From a virus (Duplodnaviria; Caudoviricetes): 38,829 nucleotides of DNA. Both the position numbers and the translations under genes were made by a program. The stretch is taken from positions 1 through 38,829 of IMG/VR virus record IMGVR_UViG_3300020395_000036. The stretch is one strand, 5' to 3'. Positions 1 through 8,300 of this stretch are shown piece by piece; the stretch's first letter is position 1, and each line of letters starts with the position of its first letter. The notes beneath the pieces are model-generated. The model worked only from the letters and a program-made list of their open reading frames with translations. It was not told the origin of the DNA and did not search any database.

Positions 1-237
1 GTGAGTACCAAACAAAAACACTCTATGAATAGAGCAATCGGAACAGTAAGAGCAACTGATACAAATATCAAGGGGCATGTTCTGAGAGCGTCGTCAGGTG
101 GCGGCATGACATTTACCAAAGCAGGAGGTCTTGGGAAGTGTATGGTCAAAGACCTGGATGCAGTAATAGTTCGTGCTAAGGCACAGTACAGAGCAGACAG
201 ACGTGCAATGATCTTAGAAGGTAGTGCCACTTCGTGA
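1..237 (+). CDS. hypothetical phage protein (small, basic; may be 5'-truncated by the window edge)
   Basis: Open frame from base 1 (GTG; in-frame ATG at 25) to TGA 235-237; GC-richer than the downstream genes. Confidence 0.6.
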   Translation: MSTKQKHSMNRAIGTVRATDTNIKGHVLRASSGGGMTFTKAGGLGKCMVKDLDAVIVRAKAQYRADRRAMILEGSATS

Positions 238-245
238 ATTGGCAC
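224..245. repeat. inverted repeat GTGCCA-N10-TGGCAC
   Basis: gtgcca 224-229 and tggcac 240-245 are exact reverse complements and span the stop of ORF 1..237. Confidence 0.7.
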
Positions 246-252
246 AGTTGTT

Positions 253-283
253 GGGGGTCGGGCGTTCGCCCCCCGTGCCGCCC
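253..283. other. GC-rich stem-loop-forming tract in the non-coding region
   Basis: gggggtcgggcgttcgccccccgtgccgccc: gggc(260-263)/gccc(268-271) stem with G5/C-run extension; far more GC-rich than the rest of the window. Confidence 0.55.
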
Positions 284-390
284 TGAAAACGAATGGATCC
301 CCTAAGCTATAAAGTGTTACGGAAGCGAGGTCAATATTACAATGGAACTCAAATTTTTTTTCGCTGTGTAAAAACGCCCACAGGGTTGAC

Positions 391-419
391 TTGCGAATTA
401 TTAAGTTTTAATATATAAT
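391..419 (+). promoter_or_regulatory. sigma70-type (host RNA polymerase) promoter
   Basis: TTGCGA 391-396, 17-nt spacer, TATAAT 414-419, just upstream of ATG 441. Confidence 0.65.
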
Positions 420-440
420 GGAAAAACAGAATACCACATA

Positions 441-608
441 ATGCTAAAAAATAATCCAGAGGACAAACGCCCCATAGAAGTTGATACAGTATCTGGTGAG
501 TATTATATAAGAATCCCTGAATGGGCTATTAATGATCAGGGTTGGTTTGAAGATACAGAATTGAAGTTTAAAACAGATGGCGATGAACTCATTATCACAG
601 AAAGTTAG
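441..608 (+). CDS. AbrB/MazE/SpoVT-like small DNA-binding protein (55 aa; not in the ORF track)
   Basis: Manual translation MLKNNPEDKRPIEVDTVSGEYYIRIPEWAINDQGWFEDTELKFKTDGDELIITES*; the IRIP..GW..TEL.F...GDELII pattern fits the swapped-hairpin fold; lies directly after a promoter. Confidence 0.75.
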   Translation: MLKNNPEDKRPIEVDTVSGEYYIRIPEWAINDQGWFEDTELKFKTDGDELIITES

Positions 609-771
609 TACGTATCACATCTATCTAAGAGGAGAGTGTCTCTTCAAGGATCTTGATGAATATGAGTTTAAGTTGATATGGGGAAGGATATATCAGTCAT
701 ATTTTAAAGATGAACTAACATATGAAGAGATTGAACTTGATGATGGTATAGCAGAAGATGCAAGTTATTGA
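577..771 (+). CDS. hypothetical cyanophage-type protein
   Basis: 64-aa ORF overlapping both neighbours; similar to ORF 2058..2216. Confidence 0.65.
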   Translation: MAMNSLSQKVSTYHIYLRGECLFKDLDEYEFKLIWGRIYQSYFKDELTYEEIELDDGIAEDASY

Positions 772-1249
772 TAATTTTTTACAACAGGAATATTATGATC
801 ACCTGTATAGTATTATAACTGGTACACAGTTTCCTTGGTTATTTCAACATCAGGTAGCAACTAATTTTGAAGATCCAAGAGCAAACTTAGATCATTATTA
901 CTTTGTACATAGTTTATTTCATGCGTATAGAATAGAAAGCCCCCTCTATGATAACTTTGTACATTTGTTTGAGGCACTGGAAGTAGACTTTTTATTCAGG
1001 GCAAGAGTGTTATTATATGTGAATCAAGGAAAACAAATTATACATGATAGACATATAGATCACGGAGAAACTTGTAAAACAGCATTAATCTATATGAATA
1101 CTAATGATGGTTTTACTGAATTTGAAACAGGTGAGAGGGTTGATAGTGTGAAAAATCGGTTGTTGGTTTTTGATGGTTCAGTTCTTCACAGTAGCTCAAC
1201 ACCCACTAATACAAAGGATAGGATGTTGTTATCCGTAACCTATGTTTAA
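758..1249 (+). CDS. 2OG-Fe(II) oxygenase superfamily protein
   Basis: N-terminal VIDNFL, HxD (RHIDH), TALIYMN..DGFT, NRLLVFDG, distal His (LHSS) and C-terminal Arg (DRM). Confidence 0.85.
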   Translation: MQVIDNFLQQEYYDHLYSIITGTQFPWLFQHQVATNFEDPRANLDHYYFVHSLFHAYRIESPLYDNFVHLFEALEVDFLFRARVLLYVNQGKQIIHDRHIDHGETCKTALIYMNTNDGFTEFETGERVDSVKNRLLVFDGSVLHSSSTPTNTKDRMLLSVTYV

Positions 1250-1250
1250 G

Positions 1251-1279
1251 TTGACATAGACTACATAATGGGATATAAT
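1251..1279 (+). promoter_or_regulatory. perfect-consensus sigma70 promoter
   Basis: TTGACA 1251-1256, 17-nt spacer, TATAAT 1274-1279, upstream of ATG 1303. Confidence 0.85.
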
Positions 1280-1302
1280 ATTGGTATAACATTACGTAGG
1301 TT

Positions 1303-2058
1303 ATGGCTAAAGGATTTACAGTTAAGGCGAAATCCCCTGTGGTAAAAAAAGAAGCAGAGTGGGATTTTGAGAAAGCAAAAGAACTCATCAAAGGTAAAAC
1401 AGTAGTATTCTGTTTACCTGGTCGTGGAGTCTCATATACATTTTTAAAAAGTTTTGTACAGTTATGCTTCGATCTTGTCCAGGCGGGTGCTTCGATACAG
1501 ATCTCACAGGATTACTCCTCTATGGTGAACTTCGCTCGGTGCAAATGTCTCGGTGCGAATGTACTGAGAGGACCGAATCAGAAACCTTGGGACGGCAAGT
1601 TACAATATGATTATCAGTTATGGATTGATAGTGATATAGTATTCAACTCTGAGAAGTTTTGGCAAGTGCTATTAATGGAGAAAGATCTTGCTGCTGGTTG
1701 GTATTGTACTGAAGACGGCAAAACCACCTCGGTAGCACATTGGTTAGAAGAAGATGATTTCCGCACGAATGGTGGGGTTATGAATCATGAAACCATCGAA
1801 AGCATCTCGAAAAGAAAGAAACCATTTACCGTGGATTATACAGGGTTTGGATGGTTACTTATTAAGAATGGTGTATTTGAGCATGAGCAAATGCCTTATC
1901 CTTGGTTCGCTCCTAAGATGCAAGTCTTTGAAAGTGGTGAAGTACAGGATATGTGTGGCGAGGACGTTTCGTTCTGCCTAGATGCGAAGGAGGCAGGTTT
2001 TGAAATCTGGTGTGATCCTCGTGTTCGTGTAGGTCATGAGAAGACTAGGGTAATCTAA
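1303..2058 (+). CDS. GT-A fold (GT2-like) glycosyltransferase-like protein, conserved type in T4-like cyanophages
   Basis: VVFCLPGR N-terminal strand, NFARCK helix, DxD motif (LWIDSD), TGFGWLLIK, GEDVSFC, C-terminal VGHEK. Confidence 0.75.
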   Translation: MAKGFTVKAKSPVVKKEAEWDFEKAKELIKGKTVVFCLPGRGVSYTFLKSFVQLCFDLVQAGASIQISQDYSSMVNFARCKCLGANVLRGPNQKPWDGKLQYDYQLWIDSDIVFNSEKFWQVLLMEKDLAAGWYCTEDGKTTSVAHWLEEDDFRTNGGVMNHETIESISKRKKPFTVDYTGFGWLLIKNGVFEHEQMPYPWFAPKMQVFESGEVQDMCGEDVSFCLDAKEAGFEIWCDPRVRVGHEKTRVI

Positions 2059-2216
2059 TGACTCTTTATAATATTCTAATTGATGGTAAGATTGCCTTTG
2101 AGGGATTAACCCAAGAGGAGTATTTTGATAAAACAGAGGATTTGGCACAGCAGTTTTATAACTGTGGTGTGCCTGATCCAACTTCTATAAAAACTGAAAT
2201 GATTGAGGATGACTAA
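2058..2216 (+). CDS. hypothetical protein (52 aa; not in the ORF track)
   Basis: MTLYNILIDGKIAFEGLTQEEYFDKTEDLAQQFYNCGVPDPTSIKTEMIEDD*; TAATG overlaps at both ends. Confidence 0.75.
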   Translation: MTLYNILIDGKIAFEGLTQEEYFDKTEDLAQQFYNCGVPDPTSIKTEMIEDD

Positions 2217-2368
2217 TGGCAGTTAAAACAAAAATGGGTGGATTCGGTACTGGTGATTACATACAGGCAACCCCGAAGAAGACTCGGCAAGGAACAGGAA
2301 AGCATACGAAATACGCAGCATCGTCTCGTAATTCGGCACGTAAAAAGTATAGAGGGCAAGGGAGATGA
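2216..2368 (+). CDS. small basic protein ending KKYRGQGR (50 aa; not in the ORF track)
   Basis: MAVKTKMGGFGTGDYIQATPKKTRQGTGKHTKYAASSRNSARKKYRGQGR*; TAATG start overlap and ATGA stop overlap; as I recall, this type occurs upstream of gp25 in marine T4-like phages. Confidence 0.8.
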   Translation: MAVKTKMGGFGTGDYIQATPKKTRQGTGKHTKYAASSRNSARKKYRGQGR

Positions 2369-3009
2369 ATAATTCTCCCTTTTTTAACGTCATTCATCAT
2401 GACAACTTTATTTCAGAGTTTCATTCCAATATTGATTGTGATTATTTGATTGATTACTATGAGAAACTAGTAGACGCTGGTGCTGTAGGACCTAGAAGTA
2501 ATCGAAACATAGTTGAAGATGAACAAGTAAACGTGAATGGTTTACTACAAGTAGATGAAATTACACATTCAATTACACAAGTTTTTAGAGAATGGCATAG
2601 TATAGTGCTTGCTGCTGTTCAAGAATACTATAAAAAGTATCCTATTTTGAATACTCGCTCTTTTGAGTTTAAATATGCTAAGTTTCAGAAGACTCGTCCA
2701 TCTCAAGGATATCATATGTGGCATCATGACTCTGATCCAGAGGATCCTTACCGTAAATTAGTCACTTTATTATACCTAAATGATGATTTTGATGGTGGAG
2801 AAACGGAATTTCTATATCAGCAATGCCGCATTACACCAGAAAGAGGTAAATTCGTGCTTTTTCCAGCACCTTGGACTCATACACACCGTGGAAACCCTCC
2901 AATGGGTGGAAATAAGTACATAATGACTGGTTGGGTTGAAGAATTTCCTTCAAATAAGATACAGTTTCAGGATTTTGGAGAGGAAATAGCACCTATTTTA
3001 CAAAATTAG
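2365..3009 (+). CDS. 2OG-Fe(II) oxygenase, prolyl-4-hydroxylase-like
   Basis: QKT.P..GYHMWHHD (HxD), LYLNDDFDGGETEF, LFPAPWTHTHRGNPP, KYIMTGW. Confidence 0.9.
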   Translation: MNNSPFFNVIHHDNFISEFHSNIDCDYLIDYYEKLVDAGAVGPRSNRNIVEDEQVNVNGLLQVDEITHSITQVFREWHSIVLAAVQEYYKKYPILNTRSFEFKYAKFQKTRPSQGYHMWHHDSDPEDPYRKLVTLLYLNDDFDGGETEFLYQQCRITPERGKFVLFPAPWTHTHRGNPPMGGNKYIMTGWVEEFPSNKIQFQDFGEEIAPILQN

Positions 3010-3018
3010 AAAATCGAG

Positions 3019-3026
3019 TATAAATA
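3019..3026 (+). promoter_or_regulatory. T4-type late promoter (gp55-dependent)
   Basis: TATAAATA upstream of gp25; a second variant CTAAATA at 3040-3046. Confidence 0.8.
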
Positions 3027-3053
3027 AAGTGAGGTAATACTAAATAAACCATC

Positions 3054-3458
3054 TTGATAATAGAAAAACGACAATCTAGAGGATTTAAAGACATAAGTTT
3101 ATCTTTCATACCTCATCCTGTTACGAAAGATTTGCCTGTTTTAACGAATGAACGTGCTATTATGCGTTCTGTTCGTAATTTAGTAGAAACAATACCTACA
3201 GAAAGGTTTTTTAATGCCATTTTAGGTACTGATATACGTGGAAGTTTGTTTGAAAACTACTCAAATACTACAATAATGGTAATTGAGGATCAAATTAAGA
3301 CAACTTTACGTAACTTTGAACCTAGAGTGGGAAATGTATCCATAGAACTCGTTGGATCACCTGATCGTAATGCATTTGAAGTGACTGTTTTTTATGATAT
3401 TCTAGGTATTCCTCTCCCAAGGCAGAGATTTACCTTTATATTAGAACCAACTAGGTAA
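3054..3458 (+). CDS. gp25: baseplate wedge subunit gp25 (GPW/gp25 family)
   Basis: FKDISLSF..HP, AI.RSVRNL..T..TERFF, FEPRV motifs; TTG start; directly before gp6. Confidence 0.92.
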   Translation: MIIEKRQSRGFKDISLSFIPHPVTKDLPVLTNERAIMRSVRNLVETIPTERFFNAILGTDIRGSLFENYSNTTIMVIEDQIKTTLRNFEPRVGNVSIELVGSPDRNAFEVTVFYDILGIPLPRQRFTFILEPTR

Positions 3459-3462
3459 AATA

Positions 3463-5397
3463 ATGCCATATACACAGTTTTCCGACCTTGATTTCGGTCA
3501 AATTAAGACACAAATACGAAATTATCTTCAATCAAACTCAAATTTCACTGATTTTGACTTTGAAGGATCAAATTTCTCTGTTTTAATTGATACTTTAGCA
3601 TATAATACGTATATTAACTCATTTAATGCGAATTTGGCAGTAAATGAGGTATTTTTAGACTCAGCAACTATAAGAGAAAATGTAGTTTCGTTAGCAAGAA
3701 ACATTGGATATGTTCCTCGTTCCGTTACTTCATCAAAAGCAACTATAAGTTTTCAAGCAAGAATAGAAGATACTACTGCTACAATCACTCATCTTACGCT
3801 AAATCCTGGTTTAGTGTGTGTTGGTAGTGCAAATGATACAACATATAGATTCTCAATAACAACCCCAGTAACATCTAGAGTATATACTGATGCTTCAGGG
3901 AATAGGGTATCTGATTTTGAGGTAGACGTCATTCAAGGTACATATTTAACAAGTAATTTTGTTGCTAGAATACCTTCTGATCAGAAATTTATCTTAGATA
4001 ATGCTCAAATTGATACTTCAACAATCAAGGTAAATGTACAAAATTCTCAAATTGGTAGTCTTGGTAGAGAATTTAAAAAAGTTGATAATATTTTAAATTT
4101 AAATAAGGATTCTGAAATTTATCTATTACAAGAAATTCAGGATGAAAGAGTTGAAATATTGTTTGGTGATGGATATTTTGGTAAGCAACTAACAAATGAT
4201 GATATTATTACTGTTCAGTACATTGTTAGTAATGGTCCTACTAGTAATGGAGCAAGTGTTTTTGACTTCCAAGGATCATTTAGTAGACCTGATGGTGTTC
4301 TAATAAGACCAATCGCTGCTGTAGATGTAACAACTGTCAGACCTGCCAGTAACGGTTCCTACAACGAAGATATAGCATCAATCAAGTATTTGGCTCCTAG
4401 ACTGTATTCGGCACAGTACAGGGCGGTTACACCAAGGGATTATGAGGCAATAATCAAGACAATCTACCCTGCGACTGAATCAATTGCTGTTGTTGGTGGA
4501 GAAGAACTATCACCTCCACAATTTGGTAAGGTACAGATCAGTATTAAACCAAAAAATGGTACTTATGTCTCTGATTTTGATAAGCAACAGATTAAAAATA
4601 AATTAAAGAGTTACGCTATTGCTGGTATAAACTCTGAAATTATTGATCTTAAAATGCTATATGTTGAGATTGATTCAACGGTTTACTACAATACTTCACA
4701 AGTTAGTGATTCTGCCACACTTAAATCATTAATAATAAATTCACTTGAGACTTATGGTAATACAGTGGATATTAATAAGTTTGGTGGTAGATTTAAATAT
4801 AGTAAAATTAATCAACTTATTGATAGGGTTGATGATGGAATCACCTCTAACATTACAAAAGTGAAAATTAGAAGAGATTTGAAGGCATTAATTAATCAAT
4901 TTGCTCAATATGAACTGTGTTTTGGTAATAAATTCCATATTAATCCAGAAGGATATAATATTAAGAGTACTGGATTCTATATTTCTGGATGGAAAAAGGT
5001 TGTTTATTTGACTGATATTCCAAATACCAATGAAAATGGTAAATTAGATAATAGTGAAAAGGGTGTTATTTGTATTGTTTCTAAGGATACTGACGATCAA
5101 ATGAAAATCGTTGCCAAGGATATTGGTATAGTTGATTATAAAAAGGGTGAAATCATACTTAACACTATAAACATAACATCTACAATTGCTGCTAACAATC
5201 TAGTTGAAATTCAAGCGTTTCCTGACTCTAATGATGTTATTGGATTGAAGGATTTATACCTAAAATTTGATACATCTAATAGTACGATAAATATGGTTAA
5301 AGATGTAATTGCTTCGGGTGAAGATGTATCAGGCGTTGTATTCTCCAGAGATTATTACACTTCAAGTTATTCTAACGGAACACTAGAAAGAAAGTAG
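3463..5397 (+). CDS. gp6: baseplate wedge subunit gp6
   Basis: LDFGQIK, FTDFDFEGSN, LAYNTY, FLDSATIRENVVSLARNIGYVP, FGDG, QYRAVT..DY motifs. Confidence 0.95.
   Translation: MPYTQFSDLDFGQIKTQIRNYLQSNSNFTDFDFEGSNFSVLIDTLAYNTYINSFNANLAVNEVFLDSATIRENVVSLARNIGYVPRSVTSSKATISFQARIEDTTATITHLTLNPGLVCVGSANDTTYRFSITTPVTSRVYTDASGNRVSDFEVDVIQGTYLTSNFVARIPSDQKFILDNAQIDTSTIKVNVQNSQIGSLGREFKKVDNILNLNKDSEIYLLQEIQDERVEILFGDGYFGKQLTNDDIITVQYIVSNGPTSNGASVFDFQGSFSRPDGVLIRPIAAVDVTTVRPASNGSYNEDIASIKYLAPRLYSAQYRAVTPRDYEAIIKTIYPATESIAVVGGEELSPPQFGKVQISIKPKNGTYVSDFDKQQIKNKLKSYAIAGINSEIIDLKMLYVEIDSTVYYNTSQVSDSATLKSLIINSLETYGNTVDINKFGGRFKYSKINQLIDRVDDGITSNITKVKIRRDLKALINQFAQYELCFGNKFHINPEGYNIKSTGFYISGWKKVVYLTDIPNTNENGKLDNSEKGVICIVSKDTDDQMKIVAKDIGIVDYKKGEIILNTINITSTIAANNLVEIQAFPDSNDVIGLKDLYLKFDTSNSTINMVKDVIASGEDVSGVVFSRDYYTSSYSNGTLERK
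5287..5293 (+). promoter_or_regulatory. candidate internal late promoter for gp7
   Basis: ATAAATA inside the 3' end of gp6, about 105 nt upstream of the gp7 start. Confidence 0.45.
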
Positions 5398-5398
5398 A

Positions 5399-8300
5399 AT
5401 GAGTATAGAATTTGAGAAGAGAGTTCAAGTAAATAGGATTATTGAGAGTCAGCTACCCGAATTTGTGGTTGCTGATTTTCCATTAGCTACAGAACTATTA
5501 AAAACTTACTACATTTCCCAAGAAAATCAAGGTGCTAACGCAGATTTACTTGATAATCTTGATCGGTATATTAAAGTTGACAATTTAGTTCCTGAAGTTA
5601 TTACTGGAACTACTACTTTAACTAAAGAAGTAGTCATAACTGAAACAGAAATTCTAGTTAATTCTACTAAGGGATTTCCTTCTTCATATGGTCTTTTAAA
5701 GATTGATAATGAAATTATTACATATACTGGAAAAACAGATACTAGTTTTACTGGATGTATTCGTGGATTTAGTGGAGTTACTGGGCATCATGTTGGTATA
5801 TCATCATCTTTAGATCATGTTAATAGTGAGCATTTAGTATTTGAGGATACCAATGCCTCTGGTCATGCTAACGAATCTACAGTTACTAATCTTAGTGTTT
5901 TATTCTTACAAGAGTTCTATAAGAAGATAAAGAGGACATTTTTACCTGGATTAGAAGATAATAAGTTTGCTGATGGTATTGATGTTGGTAATTTTATAAA
6001 GAATGCTAGATCATTTTACCAATCAAAAGGTATTGCAGAATCGATTAGAATACTTTTTAAAGTATTATATGGTGTTGAAGCAGAAGTTATAGATCTTGAA
6101 GAACGTTTGGTTAAACCATCAAGTGCTGAATATATTCGTAGAGAAATTATTATTGCTGATGCTCTTAATGGTGAAGCTCAAAATTTAGTTGGACAAACAA
6201 TATTTAAATCAACTGATTTAAGAACTAATGCTTCAGTATCAGAAGTTGAAGTTTTAACTAGAGATAATAAACTTTATTATAAATTATCTCTTTTTGTAGG
6301 ATTTAATGATAAAGATTTAATAGAAGGTACATTTACTATACCTGGCAAAACAAAGGTATTGGAGCAAGTTGTTCCTGGTGAATCTATTGTTTCGGTAGAT
6401 AGTACTATTGGATTTGGGCAGACTGGTAACTTTACAGTAGATTATCTTGATGGTAATGTTGGAATTATTACATATACCTCTAAAACAGTTAATCAATTCT
6501 TTGGATGTAGTGATATAACTGGTAATATTGGAATTGCTAGTGATTTAAGATCAACCGAAACTATATTTGGGTATGAAAATGGTGATTTAAGTAAGAGAGT
6601 TGATTTAAGAATTACTGGAGTAGTATCTGATTTTGTTCCAGAGTCTGATATAGCATTAATTTCAGAAAGACAGGAGATAACTGTAAAGAATGTAGGTGAA
6701 TTTATTCAAAATCCATCAGAAACTACTCAATCATATAAACAAATATTTGCTAATTCTTGGATTTATAATACAAGTTCTAGATATGAAATAAATGGATCAA
6801 TTAATAGTGGTACAACATCATTTACCTTTTTAAGTAAAATTGATAAGTCTAGTTTAAAGGTTGGTGATAGTTTTGATATTATTCGCAGAGGAACTAATAT
6901 TAGAGTTGGTGGTGGTATAGTTAAGAGGATTGATAGTGATTATGTATTTACTGGAGAAGGTGTTAACTATATTGCTAATGAACCACATTCTTCTGTATTT
7001 TATGATATAAGAAGGAATTTAAGGAAAGCAAATTATGATACTGGAAATCCTAATGCAATAAAGTTGTCTGATGGTACTAATAAGATTATTGCGGATACTT
7101 TAAATGTTTATGTTGATAGGGATGATTTTGGATATGCTGCTTCTAACTCATTATCAAGTCATAAGATCAATCAGGAACCATTAAATGGCACTATTCCATC
7201 TGGAGCACCTCCTAATATACAAACAGGTACTATTAATGCTCTAACAGGGGTTGAGATTGATTTTACAGAGATTAAGTTTGCTGAGAAGGTTAAGTTCCGT
7301 ACTGGAGATTCGATAATTTATACTTCTGACAAACCACTTCTTGGTTTGAATAATGGATCTAAGTATTTTGTTAAATCAGATTCTACTGAAAAGGTTATAA
7401 GGTTATATGATACAATTAATGCGATTGAAAGAGATGCTGCTAAAGAATTTAATCAACCATCAGATCCAAATGCAACGCATACATTTACATTAGAAGATCA
7501 TTACAATAAAGAAATAATACCAAACAATATTTTAAGAAAATTTTCTCTTGGTCAAGATTTAAATATACCTTCAAAAGAGCAAAAACAATCTAAAAATATT
7601 GGATTATTGATTAATGGTGTTCAATTAAGATCTAACACCAATGATGATTTTATAACTTATGGACCAATTGAAAAAACAGAAGTATATAATTCTGGTGAAG
7701 GATATGATGTAGTTAATCCACCTAAAATTAGAGTAGGAAATGCTAATACCTTTATAAAACCAAATGGAACTGTTGGTATTGGTACGACAGCACTTGTAGA
7801 ACCAGTTATTAGGGGAAATGTTAAGGAAATATTGGTAGATCCACAAGATTTTGATATTGATAATGTTTCTTCAGTAAGATTGACTGGTGGTAATGGTAAG
7901 GATTGCTTCTTACAACCAGTAGTTGGACCAAGATATAGAGAAGTTGAGTTTGATAGTAGAGATATCTTCTTCTCAGGTGGATTGGATGTACAAGAAGAGA
8001 CTATAACATTCAAATCTGAGCATAATTTTGTTGATGGGCAATTAATTTATTATAATAAGAATGGTCAAGATGCTATTGGAATTACACCATTTAAATCAGC
8101 AGCAACAACCGTAACAGAATATCTTGTAAATGGAGCACCTTATTATGTTAAGGTACTTAATCCAAAGAGAATTAGGTTATTTAAGAGACCTGAAGAGGCT
8201 ACATTTGGTGTAGCTGGTATTAATACTATAGGATTTTCTACAGCAACAACTGCTGCTGGTATTCATAAGTTTAGAACAGAAGCTAAAAATACGTTAAATT

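Noticed and set aside
340-361. Intrinsic terminator at the T8 run
   Set aside because: No convincing GC stem immediately 5' of the T-run
418-441. Minigene MEKQNTT* overlapping the 441 start (TAATG)
   Set aside because: Its ATG lies within the predicted -10 box, so that promoter would not transcribe it; too short to support
1206-2181. Track ORFs 1206..1391 (-), 1787..1981 (+) and 1978..2181 (-)
   Set aside because: They overlap better-supported + strand genes and a promoter, and show no motifs
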